In this document: in pieces, positions 51,746 through 60,673 of the stretch
Layout of the letters: each line of letters opens with the position of its first letter
Position numbering within the stretch: position 1 is the first letter of the stretch
Assembly: GCA_028717565.1 (NCBI GenBank)
Contig: JAQUNP010000002.1
Coordinates: 90,054 to 154,053 of the forward strand
From: Patescibacteria group bacterium
GTDB lineage: Bacteria > Patescibacteriota > Kazan-3B-28
Length of the DNA: 64,000 nt
Reading direction: 5' to 3'
Position numbers and translations under genes: made by a program
Notes under the pieces: model-generated
What the model was told of the DNA's origin: nothing
Seen by the model: only the letters and a program-made list of their open reading frames with translations
Databases searched by the model: none

Positions 51746-52837
51746 TTAGGCCGAGGCGGATACGAGAGCGATGTCGTGCTCGACCATTCGTCGGATCATT
51801 TCTTCGAATGAGGTCTGGCGCGGATTCCAGTCGAGCTCCTGAATGGCTCTGGTTGGGTCGCAGCAGAGATAGGGTACTTCCTTGGGCCGGAAGAACCGGG
51901 GATTGATACGGACGCGTACCGCACCGTCAACCCTCAATACGGTGTTCTCGGTACAGCGGCCTGTTGCGTCGTCGCCCTCCCAGACCATCTTGGCGGTGGG
52001 ATACGCCACGCGGAAGGCGGTTTGGACAAGTTCGCGGACCGAGCGGTGTTCGCCGGTACCAATGACATAATCACGGAGCTCGCCCGTCTTTCTGGCACGT
52101 TCCACCATGGCGTGCATGGCCCAAACATAGTCCGGGGCATAGCCCCAGTCGCGTACTGCATCCACATTGCCCAGTTCGATGCATTCCTGTAATCCAGCCA
52201 GGATCATGGCAACAGCTCTGGTGATTTTGCGAGTAACGAACTGAACTCCTCGGATTTCCGACTCATGATTGAAGAGGATGCCACAGACGACTTTGGCCCG
52301 AAAGTGCGGATCGGCGCGGAACATCCGCATGGCGCAGTAGGCGTCATACTTGGACTTGCCATAGACACCTGCGGGTGTGAAGGGCGTGTCCTCGTTTTGC
52401 ACCGGATACTGGCTGAGGTCGGCTTTGCCGAAGAGCTCGGAGGTCAGCGCCTGATACATGTAGCAGGCGGGGCAGACGTTGAGCATGGCTTGCAGCAGAT
52501 TGACGGCTCCGTAATGGTTGGTGGCCTGGACCTCTTCTGGCATCTGCTCCGCGAACTGAACATGAGTGAAGGCAGCCAGATTGAAAAGCATCTGCGGTTT
52601 GTACTTCTCGAGGATATGATGCAGGCTGGTGGGAGACAGGAGGTTGCCCAGTTCCAATACGAACTGGCCTTGAGCCATATAATCACGGAGCTCGAGAAGT
52701 CGAAGACGCCCTTCGGGGTAGTAATCGCTGGTACAGCGAACTAGCCCAACGACAAAGTAGCCCAGCTTCACCAGCAGACGGGTCAGGTAAGCCCCGTCCT
52801 GGCCAGTGACTCCGGTGACGAACGCTCTTTTTTGCAA
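51746..52837 (-). CDS. gmd: GDP-mannose 4,6-dehydratase
   Basis: FVTGVTGQDGAYL Rossmann motif. SDR-extended blocks (ELFGK, YGKSKY, GILFNHES). Start set at the TTG at 52837, 7 nt after GGAGG. GC-rich. Confidence 0.88.
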   Translation of the reverse strand: MQKRAFVTGVTGQDGAYLTRLLVKLGYFVVGLVRCTSDYYPEGRLRLLELRDYMAQGQFVLELGNLLSPTSLHHILEKYKPQMLFNLAAFTHVQFAEQMPEEVQATNHYGAVNLLQAMLNVCPACYMYQALTSELFGKADLSQYPVQNEDTPFTPAGVYGKSKYDAYCAMRMFRADPHFRAKVVCGILFNHESEIRGVQFVTRKITRAVAMILAGLQECIELGNVDAVRDWGYAPDYVWAMHAMVERARKTGELRDYVIGTGEHRSVRELVQTAFRVAYPTAKMVWEGDDATGRCTENTVLRVDGAVRVRINPRFFRPKEVPYLCCDPTRAIQELDWNPRQTSFEEMIRRMVEHDIALVSASA

Positions 52838-52910
52838 GGGAACACCTCCCCCTTGGTTTGACAATACTGGCCTTAGCTTACCATAGGCAAGCTAAATGGC
52901 AACTGAAATA

Positions 52911-52939
52911 TTGACTGGGAGCGGATTTTGCGGTAGGGT
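52911..52939 (+). promoter_or_regulatory. Conserved promoter module copy 3 (+ half)
   Basis: TTGACT-GGGAGCGGATTTTGCGG-TAGGGT. The candidate back-to-back -35 for gmd is TTGCCA (rc of 52897-52902). Confidence 0.55.
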
Positions 52940-52968
52940 GCAAGTATTCTTGTACGAGGAGGTGGGGT

Positions 52969-53631
52969 ATGACTCCCCAACCGTTTAGAATCCCTCAAAG
53001 GATTGCGGATATCAAAGGGTTTGAGGACCCTGATATCTTCATGATTCTGGGGGACATACAGCGTCCCCTGCTGCGCCAGCTTGAGGCGGACATCATCAAA
53101 GCTCCACCGGAAAGACACGGTCACGGCATTCTGCTGCTAATCGAGTCCCCGGGCGGGGACACGCAAACGGCTGGTGTGGTGACGAGTGCTATAAGTCACT
53201 TTATCAACCGGCCGGTAGCCGTACTGGCATTGGGGGCATGCCATAGTGCTGCCTTCAATATCTTCATGGCGGTGCCACCTGAGCATCGATTTGCGGTCCC
53301 CACTGCAACTTTCATGGCGCACCATGGTAGCTACAACATTCTCGACTTGGGGGGAGTGGTGGATGTTGAGCAGGGCACAGTAGGCGGGTTGACCGAAGAT
53401 GAGATGGCACTCAAGGTCCGTCTCTGTCATCGGGAGGCGCTTTACTGGAAACGGTGGCAACTGGCAGTATTGGGGGCGCGGATAGAGGCCGCGTTGCCCG
53501 AAGGTTGCTCGGTGGGGACCTTCCTGAAACTAGATGTCATTATCAATGCCCAGCAAGCATTGGAGATGGGCATCGTCAGGGACGTCATTCCTCCGAATGA
53601 CGACCTGCTTAAATCAGCTCCGGCTCAGTAG
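52969..53631 (+). CDS. ClpP/crotonase-fold serine protease-like protein
   Basis: GAGGAGG RBS. LLLIESPGGDTQTAG, GACHSAAFNIF (Ser), FMAHH (His) and LKLDVIINAQQALEMGIV align by eye to the ClpP catalytic triad regions. Confidence 0.6.
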   Translation: MTPQPFRIPQRIADIKGFEDPDIFMILGDIQRPLLRQLEADIIKAPPERHGHGILLLIESPGGDTQTAGVVTSAISHFINRPVAVLALGACHSAAFNIFMAVPPEHRFAVPTATFMAHHGSYNILDLGGVVDVEQGTVGGLTEDEMALKVRLCHREALYWKRWQLAVLGARIEAALPEGCSVGTFLKLDVIINAQQALEMGIVRDVIPPNDDLLKSAPAQ

Positions 53632-53641
53632 CCGGAGCTGA
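53614..53641 (+). terminator. Hairpin overlapping the stop codon
   Basis: TCAGCTCCGGC-TCAGTA-GCCGGAGCTGA. The T-run is weak. Confidence 0.5.
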
Positions 53642-53697
53642 TCAATTTGTGAACAAAAACAGATTTTGAGTTACAATTTAGATATGGGGGAAGATTC

Positions 53698-54045
53698 GTG
53701 TTAGGTCAGTGGATTATTCAGCATTGGATAGCCGTAGCAATCGCAGCTGTCATGATAGGTGCCGGTATTAGTATTGGTATGGCTGCGGTATCAGATACAC
53801 CGAGTGGCATTGAAATGGACGAGGGAGCAACAGAGGTTTTAGCTCCGTTAGAAAATGAGCCATCGGCTGCAGCTCCACACAGTACACTACCGGCCAAATC
53901 AACTGTTCCTAAATCGACCCCAACACCTACCCCGCCGGTGAGCGAAACTCCTTGGGGTCAGGGAGAAAGCGAACAAGGCACTCCGGCTGCGAGCACTCCG
54001 GTGCCAAATGGGCAGGCCCCATGGGGTGGCGGACCTAGTCAATAA
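53698..54045 (+). CDS. Hypothetical membrane-anchored Pro-rich protein
   Basis: GTG start, one TM, and a low-complexity P/T/S-rich tail. Confidence 0.45.
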   Translation: MLGQWIIQHWIAVAIAAVMIGAGISIGMAAVSDTPSGIEMDEGATEVLAPLENEPSAAAPHSTLPAKSTVPKSTPTPTPPVSETPWGQGESEQGTPAASTPVPNGQAPWGGGPSQ

Positions 54046-54091
54046 AATTCAGTGATACAATGCAAGGGTATATTGGATAATTGTTTTTTAT

Positions 54092-55246
54092 ATGTTTAGA
54101 AAAATATTTTTAAGTGCGACAGCTTTTGTTTTAACTTTGGCGGTCGCTGTGCCGGCCTTGGCCATGCCCAGCTTTTTAGCGACTGAAAATGGAGTGGTCA
54201 GCATTGATAGTCCGATTGGTGATGACGTCTATACTACCGGTGCCAATGTGACTGTCACCAGCGATATCAAAGGCGACTTGTTTGTTTCGGGCGGAATGGT
54301 GGAAGTGGATGCTAATGTGGCCGGCGATATTTTGGTATTTTCTGGCAATGTGTATATTAATGGCACGGTGGGCGATGATCTGCGAATTGGGGCCGGACAG
54401 GTAACAATTCGTGGTACGGTTAATGACGATGTGCTGGTAGGTGGTGGAATGGTGACCGTTTCCGATACAGCTGTGATTAGGGGTGACCTGACTGTTGGAG
54501 CTGGCAGCCTGACGATGTCGGGCAAAGTGCTGGGGAACGTGAAAGCTGGTTTTGGGGATGCAACTATCAAAGGGGACATTGGTGGCAACGCAGATTTGCG
54601 GTACGAGGATGGCAAGCTGACGTTTGGTGATGGTGCTAAGATCGGCGGTAAGCTGGATTACTGGGCGTTCCGGGAAAGTGATGAGTTTGCAGAAGTGGCC
54701 AAAGAGATTGAGTTTCACAAAACTATTAGCACCAAGTCCAGTTGGCCTTTGGCGGCAGCTTTTGTGTTTCCGATAGCGGCAGTCGCTGAGGCGGTCTGGT
54801 CGATAGTCGGAGTGCTGATTATGGGCGGACTTTTGCTTTTGCTTTTGCCTAAATATCTTCCTCGTATAGTTGAAACCACTAGGAAGAAACATTGGACAGC
54901 ATTATGGCAGGGTCTTGTGTTTTTGATTGTGGTGCCAGTATTGGCGGTGATTATCGCGCTGACTGGGTTTGGCTTACCGGTGTCTATCATCATGATGTTG
55001 GCATTTACAATCGTGATGATTTTGGCGAGTATTCCCGTGTCGATGGCAATCGGCAGCTATATGGTGAAATACAAAGATACCGATCGGGGTAGACAGTTCG
55101 GAGCGCTAGTGCTGGGAGTGCTGATTTATACTGTGTTGGGACTGATTCCGGTGATTGGCTGGATACTGAAATTTGCCCTATTTGTAATAGGCGTGGGCAT
55201 TATCTGGATGGACTCGCAAACGGCGATTCGAGACAGTCGGTATTAA
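54092..55246 (+). CDS. Bactofilin-like (polymer-forming beta-helix repeat) domain fused to a polytopic membrane domain
   Basis: Signal peptide. Repeats of the form GD(D/I)...V.V.G.V. over about 150 aa, then 5-6 TM helices. Confidence 0.55.
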   Translation: MFRKIFLSATAFVLTLAVAVPALAMPSFLATENGVVSIDSPIGDDVYTTGANVTVTSDIKGDLFVSGGMVEVDANVAGDILVFSGNVYINGTVGDDLRIGAGQVTIRGTVNDDVLVGGGMVTVSDTAVIRGDLTVGAGSLTMSGKVLGNVKAGFGDATIKGDIGGNADLRYEDGKLTFGDGAKIGGKLDYWAFRESDEFAEVAKEIEFHKTISTKSSWPLAAAFVFPIAAVAEAVWSIVGVLIMGGLLLLLLPKYLPRIVETTRKKHWTALWQGLVFLIVVPVLAVIIALTGFGLPVSIIMMLAFTIVMILASIPVSMAIGSYMVKYKDTDRGRQFGALVLGVLIYTVLGLIPVIGWILKFALFVIGVGIIWMDSQTAIRDSRY

Positions 55247-55273
55247 GACCATTGAATTAATTGAGATGATAAA

Positions 55274-55302
55274 ATCAACGGCTCAAGTTTTGAGCCGTTG
55301 AT
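55274..55302. terminator. Hairpin-family terminator, canonical copy (ATCAACGGCTCA-AGTTT-TGAGCCGTTGAT)
   Basis: Perfect 12-bp stem with A-run and T-run flanks. Confidence 0.8.
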
Positions 55303-55424
55303 TTAGGTATACAAACAGTCGCCGGTTGGCGACTACATATACATTTTAACAAATTGAGTCGGATTTGTCGCGATTGTGCGAATTTGGGTGGCTGGTAGAA
55401 TTGGAGTGTATTTTTAATTTTTTC

Positions 55425-57212
55425 ATGAAAGAAATTAAGCGAATTTGGTTTGAGTCCAAGCCACTTCATCCTGCTTTGTGGGGGATGTTGGGCTTGTCGG
55501 TTTTGGTGGCGCTATTAGATTTGGTAGCCCCCTGGTTTTATCGCGAGTTAGTGAACTTTTTAACTACTGGCCAAGCCAGTCCTTTTTTTGCCAGATTCTT
55601 GCCGACCGAGAATGGAGTGCTGTTTTTGCTGTGGTGGGTAGTTATTTATTTTGGCATTGATTTAATCACTATCACAGCGGGACAGGCCAAGTTTTTTGTG
55701 ATGTCTTTGACTGGTACCCGAGCGCAGATTCTGTTTTCGTATAAAACTCTTGAGCGGTTGCAGCAGTTATCGATATCGTTTTTTGACAAAACTCCGCCGG
55801 GCTGGATACGCGAGAGGGTTTATGGCGGTATCAGAGAGATTTTTGGGATTTTACAGTCCTTGATAGTCGATGTTCTGCCACTGGTTATTAACCTGGTGGT
55901 AGCGGGAGTGGTGTTATTTGTGTTTAACAAGATTTTGGCTTCAGTGTTTATTGCGGTGGCGCCAATGTATGTGGGGCTGTCGATTTGGCGGGCCAAAATC
56001 ATGAGGGCGTGGCAAAAAAAGATTCGGACCAAGGCCGAACAGGAGGGTAAAACATTTTTTGAAAATATCAGTTACTATCAATTGATTCGTGAATTCGCGC
56101 GCGAGGATTTTGAGCTGAAACGACTGGGGACTGTGCAGAGTCAGATTATGAGGTTGCGGCTGAGACAAGAGATGTTCATGCGCTGGAGTGGTTTGGCCAG
56201 AGATTTTTTGCAAATTGTAATTTACGCTTGGGTATACGGCTTTGGAGGGTATTTGGTGTTAACTCAAAAGCTTTTGGTGGGAGATTTGGTATTGTTTATT
56301 GCTTATCTCGGTAGAGCTTTAGGCCCACTGGGGCGGGTGATGCAGATTTATGACAGTATTCAAGTCGGCCTGGTAGCTGTGGGCAGATTATTTATGGTTT
56401 GGGACAAGCGGGATAAGGTTACAGATGTGCCAGATGCCAAATCCTTGGCAGTGAGAGAGGGGAGAATTGAGTTCAAGCATGTAGGATTTGTATATAAGGG
56501 AGGTAGGAGATACAAAGGTGAAAAGACGATTTTCAAAGATTTCAATTTGCATATTAAGCCAAAGGAAATCGTGGCTGTAGTGGGGCCTTCGGGTGTGGGC
56601 AAATCGACTTTAGTTAAGCTGCTGCTACGTTTTTATGACGTAGACAAAGGACGGATATTAGTGGATGGTCAAGATATCAAAAGTGTAACGCAGCAGTCAC
56701 TCAGGCGGCAGGTCTCGGCAGTGATGCAAGATGTGATTACGTTTAATCACACTGTCCAATATAATTTACGCTATGGCAATCCCCGGGCAACGGATCAGGA
56801 GGTGGCGAGAGCTAGCCAAGTGGCGAACTTGTATAACTTCGTTATGTCTCTGCGTAGTAAATTCAAAACCCGGATTGGTGAACGAGGGGTCCGGCTGTCG
56901 GGTGGCGAAAAACAACGTTTAGGTATTGCTCGGGCGCTTTTGAAAGATGCTCCGATATTAATTTTGGACGAGGCAACGTCAGCACTGGATAGTGAAAATG
57001 AAAGGATGGTTCAGGATGCGATGTGGGAATTGATCAAGGGCCGGACGGCAATTATCATTGCGCATCGGCTGTCTACTGTGAAAAAGGCCGACAGGATTTT
57101 GGTGCTGGAGGGGGGTAAGATTATAGAGCAGGGTACGCATCAGGCATTGATGAAGCGAAGTGGGTACTATCGCCGCCTGTTCAAGATGCAAGGAGAGATG
57201 CTCTCAGATTAG
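55425..57212 (+). CDS. ABC transporter, fused permease/ATPase (MsbA-like exporter)
   Basis: Six TM helices plus an NBD with Walker A GPSGVGKST, signature LSGGEKQR and Walker B ILILDEATSALD. Confidence 0.92.
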   Translation: MKEIKRIWFESKPLHPALWGMLGLSVLVALLDLVAPWFYRELVNFLTTGQASPFFARFLPTENGVLFLLWWVVIYFGIDLITITAGQAKFFVMSLTGTRAQILFSYKTLERLQQLSISFFDKTPPGWIRERVYGGIREIFGILQSLIVDVLPLVINLVVAGVVLFVFNKILASVFIAVAPMYVGLSIWRAKIMRAWQKKIRTKAEQEGKTFFENISYYQLIREFAREDFELKRLGTVQSQIMRLRLRQEMFMRWSGLARDFLQIVIYAWVYGFGGYLVLTQKLLVGDLVLFIAYLGRALGPLGRVMQIYDSIQVGLVAVGRLFMVWDKRDKVTDVPDAKSLAVREGRIEFKHVGFVYKGGRRYKGEKTIFKDFNLHIKPKEIVAVVGPSGVGKSTLVKLLLRFYDVDKGRILVDGQDIKSVTQQSLRRQVSAVMQDVITFNHTVQYNLRYGNPRATDQEVARASQVANLYNFVMSLRSKFKTRIGERGVRLSGGEKQRLGIARALLKDAPILILDEATSALDSENERMVQDAMWELIKGRTAIIIAHRLSTVKKADRILVLEGGKIIEQGTHQALMKRSGYYRRLFKMQGEMLSD

Positions 57213-57236
57213 CTTTTCATATCACTTCGGGGAGTT

Positions 57237-57392
57237 TAATATAGGTTTATGCCCCGTAGAGAATTTTAGAATGATTGTGTAGTAATGCTACAGCATACCA
57301 GCGATCATTGGACATCCTCGGGGTTATAATGAGGATAGTGGTTCGGATACGGCATAATCATAAGCATTGCTTTCTAAAATCTTCTACAGGGT
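57237..57392 (+). promoter_or_regulatory. Promoter-leader module copy 2 (upstream of proS)
   Basis: TAATAT (57237-57242), then CCCCGTAGAGAATTTTAGAAT (57252-57272), then TCTAAAATCTTCTACAGGG (57373-57391), with the ATG at 57393. Homologous to 10477-10635. Confidence 0.6.
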
Positions 57393-58856
57393 ATGAGTAA
57401 AAAAGGAACTAACAGCGAGAGTGAAAAAAGTATAACTAGTCGAGAGGCGGACTATGCCCAATGGTATCAGGACGTAATTAGAGCGGCGGATTTGGCCGAA
57501 AACTCGCCGGTTAAAGGCTGTATGATCATCAAGCCCAATGGGTATGCGATTTGGGAAAACATGAAAGAGGTGTTAGATGATCTGATTAAGTCGACGGGAG
57601 TGAGAAACGCTTATTTTCCTCTGCTGATTCCAGAAAGATTTTTGCAGAAAGAAGCGGAGCACGTGGAAGGTTTTGCCCCGGAGATCGCGGTGGTGACTCA
57701 CGCCGGCGGCAAAAAATTGACCGAGCCATACGTGGTGCGGCCGACTTCGGAAACAATTATTAATGATGCCTTTTCAAATTGGATACAGTCACACAGAGAT
57801 CTGCCGATGCTCATTAACCAATGGGCAAATATTGTTCGGTGGGAGATGCGGCCGAGATTGTTTTTGAGAAATACAGAATTTTTGTGGCAAGAGGGTCACA
57901 CTGCACATGCAACGGAAAAGGAAGCGGATGAGCGGGCTTTAATGATGCTAAAAATGTATGAAGATTTTATGCGGGAGTATCTGGCAATTCCAGTTGTGTC
58001 TGGTAGGAAAACTGAAAACGAGCGCTTTGCTGGTGCTAAGGAGACCTATACGGTGGAAGCCATGATGCAGGATGGCAAGGCCTTGCAAATGGGTACCTCG
58101 CACAATTTGGGGCAAAATTTTGCCAAGGCCTTTGACATTACTTTCGCTGATGCCAAAAGTGGTCAGCAGAGCTTTGTGTGGCAGACCAGCTGGGGTGTGA
58201 GTACTCGAATGATTGGAGGTTTGGTGATGGCACATAGTGATGACACAGGGCTAGTTTTGCCACCAATGATAGCTCCAACACAGGTAATAATCGTGCCGGT
58301 GTTGTCCGGTAAGGCCGCGACAGACAAGGCGGTTCTGGCCCAGGCCGACACAATACTGGATGAGTTGGAAAACGAGGTGTTGGTGAGAGTTTTGGTGGAT
58401 ACTAGTGAAGAGCGGGTAGGTGCCAAGTTTTTCAAATGGGAAAAGCAGGGTATTCCACTACGAATTGAATTGGGGGCAAAGGACATGGAGGCCAAGCGGG
58501 CGGTTTTGGTACGGCGGGACACAGGTGAGAAAGAAGAAGTGGCTCTAACTAACCTGGGCGCACGAGTAGCGGATGTATTGGGTGAAATCCAAGCCGAGAT
58601 GCTACAGCGAGCAGAAAAGATGCAAAAGGCCAAGACCAAAACTGCTGATAGCTGGGATGAGTTTGTATCCTTGCTAGAGAGTGGACATTTTGTGTTGGCT
58701 CATTGGTGCGGGGACAGCCAAGTGGAGCGTGAGATCCAAGAAAAAACTGGTGCTACCATTCGCTGCATTCCGTTTAAGCAAAAGGCCGAGAAGGGAAAAT
58801 GCATCCTAACTGGCAAAGCCAGTGGCGGCCGAGTCGTGTTTGCAAAAGCATATTAG
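57393..58856 (+). CDS. proS: Proline--tRNA ligase (archaeal/eukaryote-like type)
   Basis: Class II motifs (FRNTEFLWQEGHTAH, GTSHNLGQNF). C-terminal zinc/ProRS-C1-like domain ending FAKAY. Confidence 0.95.
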   Translation: MSKKGTNSESEKSITSREADYAQWYQDVIRAADLAENSPVKGCMIIKPNGYAIWENMKEVLDDLIKSTGVRNAYFPLLIPERFLQKEAEHVEGFAPEIAVVTHAGGKKLTEPYVVRPTSETIINDAFSNWIQSHRDLPMLINQWANIVRWEMRPRLFLRNTEFLWQEGHTAHATEKEADERALMMLKMYEDFMREYLAIPVVSGRKTENERFAGAKETYTVEAMMQDGKALQMGTSHNLGQNFAKAFDITFADAKSGQQSFVWQTSWGVSTRMIGGLVMAHSDDTGLVLPPMIAPTQVIIVPVLSGKAATDKAVLAQADTILDELENEVLVRVLVDTSEERVGAKFFKWEKQGIPLRIELGAKDMEAKRAVLVRRDTGEKEEVALTNLGARVADVLGEIQAEMLQRAEKMQKAKTKTADSWDEFVSLLESGHFVLAHWCGDSQVEREIQEKTGATIRCIPFKQKAEKGKCILTGKASGGRVVFAKAY

Positions 58857-59193
58857 AACCAAGCGCCGAATTGCGCTTAACCAATCCCACCTTTTTGCTT
58901 GTCCAAAAAGGTGGAAAAAAAGACACCCCGGTCGAGATTGAGCTAAACCAGATGGGATTGATTCCCATCTGAAGCTTTACACAAACTCTTCCGGTAGCTA
59001 TGTAATATATAAGGAAACCGGAATCAAACATGCTACTTCAGATTTGTCCATCAATCCTCATCTGGTAATAGCTAATCTCTCCAACGGGGCCTCTTTGTAT
59101 ATAGAACAGCGACCTTCTATTAAATGGTGGGGGCAAAAAGGAGAGAAGGATTTATATAATGCCAATAAGGATTTTTTGGAGTAGAATGTTTGT

Positions 59194-60600
59194 ATGGAAA
59201 AGTTTTATGTAACCACCCCAATTTATTATGTGAATGATCGACCACATATTGGCCATGCCTATACAACGGTAGCGGCGGATGTGTTTGCGCGCTATTGGCG
59301 AGTGAAACTGGGTGATGACCAGGTCTTTTTTTTAACAGGTACTGACGAACATGGAGCCAAGGTGGCCCAGGCAGCAGAAACGGCAGGTGAGGATCCCCAG
59401 GTCTTTGTGGACAAGATCGCTCAGGAATACATGCGAGCGTGGGAGAAGCTCAACATCTCGCATAACTACTTTATTCGTACAACCGATCCTCGACACACCG
59501 CGGTGGTGCAGGAGGTTTTGCAAAAGCTCTATGATCAAGGTCTTATCGAAAAGCGTCAGTATAAGGGTATGTACTGTGTGGGGTGCGAAAAATATTTAAC
59601 CTCTACCGAGATCAAGGACGGTAAATGCGAACTGCATCCGAATGCCGAACTGGTGGCACAAGAAGAAGAGAATTATTTTTTGAAACTAAGCGAATTGGCA
59701 CCTCAGGTTTTACAGGCCTTGGAGAATAATGATTATAGAGTGTTGCCAAAGGAGCGGCGCGAAGAAATTTTAAGCCGAATCAAAGCCGGGGTAGAGGATA
59801 TCTCGATATCGCGCACTGGGGTGAGCTGGGGCGTGAAGGTGCCATGGGACGAGACTCACACGGTATATGTATGGGTAGATGCGCTTTTGAATTACTTTTC
59901 AGCCACTCAAATTGTGAAGAACAAGCAGGAGTTTTGGGCGCCAGATTTGCAGCTTTTGGCCAAGGATATTTTATGGTTTCACGGATTAGTTTGGGAGGCA
60001 ATTTTAATTGCGCTCAAGATGAAGCTGCCGAAAGATTTGTTTGTTCACGGCTTCTTTAGTATTGACGGGCAGAAGATGAGCAAGAGCTTGGGCAATATTT
60101 TGGAGCCCATGGAGTTGGCCGAGAGATATGGGGTGGACGGATTGAGGTATTTGCTCTTAACCGCCTTTGCATTTGGAAATGATGGAGATATCTCCGTTGA
60201 GAAATTTGATGTAAAGTACAACGCCGATTTGGCTAATGGTTTAGGCAATCTGGTTTCCAGAGTAGCGAAGTTGGCGGAGGATGTGGATTTGAGCGGAGTA
60301 GCCAAGGCGGATGATAGTTTGGACGCCAGAATAGAAGAGGCCTTAAAGAACTATCGGCCGGATGAAGCTCTGGGTGTGATTTGGGGAGAGATCGGGGCTT
60401 TGGACAAACGACTTGATGATGATGAGCCGTGGAAATTGGTAGGCGAGGAAAGAACAAAAAAAGTTTTAAGCTATATCCCCCGTTTGCGCTGGGTGGCTGG
60501 GGCGATTCGGCCATTTATGCCAGAGACCGCTGCCAAGATAGAGAAAGTGTTTGCGGGTGATACGGTGGCAAGGCCAGAAGCGCTTTTCCAGCGCCTGTAA
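59194..60600 (+). CDS. metG: Methionine--tRNA ligase (short form)
   Basis: PIYYVNDRPHIGHAYT (HIGH), CVGCEKY...C knuckle, KMSKSLGN. Confidence 0.95.
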   Translation: MEKFYVTTPIYYVNDRPHIGHAYTTVAADVFARYWRVKLGDDQVFFLTGTDEHGAKVAQAAETAGEDPQVFVDKIAQEYMRAWEKLNISHNYFIRTTDPRHTAVVQEVLQKLYDQGLIEKRQYKGMYCVGCEKYLTSTEIKDGKCELHPNAELVAQEEENYFLKLSELAPQVLQALENNDYRVLPKERREEILSRIKAGVEDISISRTGVSWGVKVPWDETHTVYVWVDALLNYFSATQIVKNKQEFWAPDLQLLAKDILWFHGLVWEAILIALKMKLPKDLFVHGFFSIDGQKMSKSLGNILEPMELAERYGVDGLRYLLLTAFAFGNDGDISVEKFDVKYNADLANGLGNLVSRVAKLAEDVDLSGVAKADDSLDARIEEALKNYRPDEALGVIWGEIGALDKRLDDDEPWKLVGEERTKKVLSYIPRLRWVAGAIRPFMPETAAKIEKVFAGDTVARPEALFQRL

Positions 60601-60673
60601 TCTATTGACTGCTTCAGGGAAGACGGCTATACTGCCTCCATATAGTTCTTATTACATGTAGGTATATCATTAA

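Noticed and set aside
41992-53650. Integron-like cassette array (attC sites) as an explanation for the modular cassettes
   Set aside because: There is no intI-like integrase and no single Pc promoter. The cassettes carry their own promoters and terminators and have mixed orientation. The palindromes are perfect and short, unlike attC bulged hairpins.
54176-54892. 238-aa and 128-aa minus-strand ORFs opposite the bactofilin-like gene
   Set aside because: The repetitive GD/V-rich coding repeats on the + strand keep the antisense frames open. The + strand product has a signal peptide, repeat logic and TM domain, so the antisense ORFs are discarded.
58774-59031. 85-aa minus-strand ORF in the proS-metG spacer
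   Set aside because: It runs through consecutive perfect hairpins, and it has no RBS and an odd composition. The region is treated as non-coding and structured.
58860-59190. T-box leader for metG
   Set aside because: No AGAGA/GA-motif-specifier architecture and no match to the conserved T-box sequence (the closest string is AAATGGTGGGGGCA). No terminator/antiterminator pair precedes the start.
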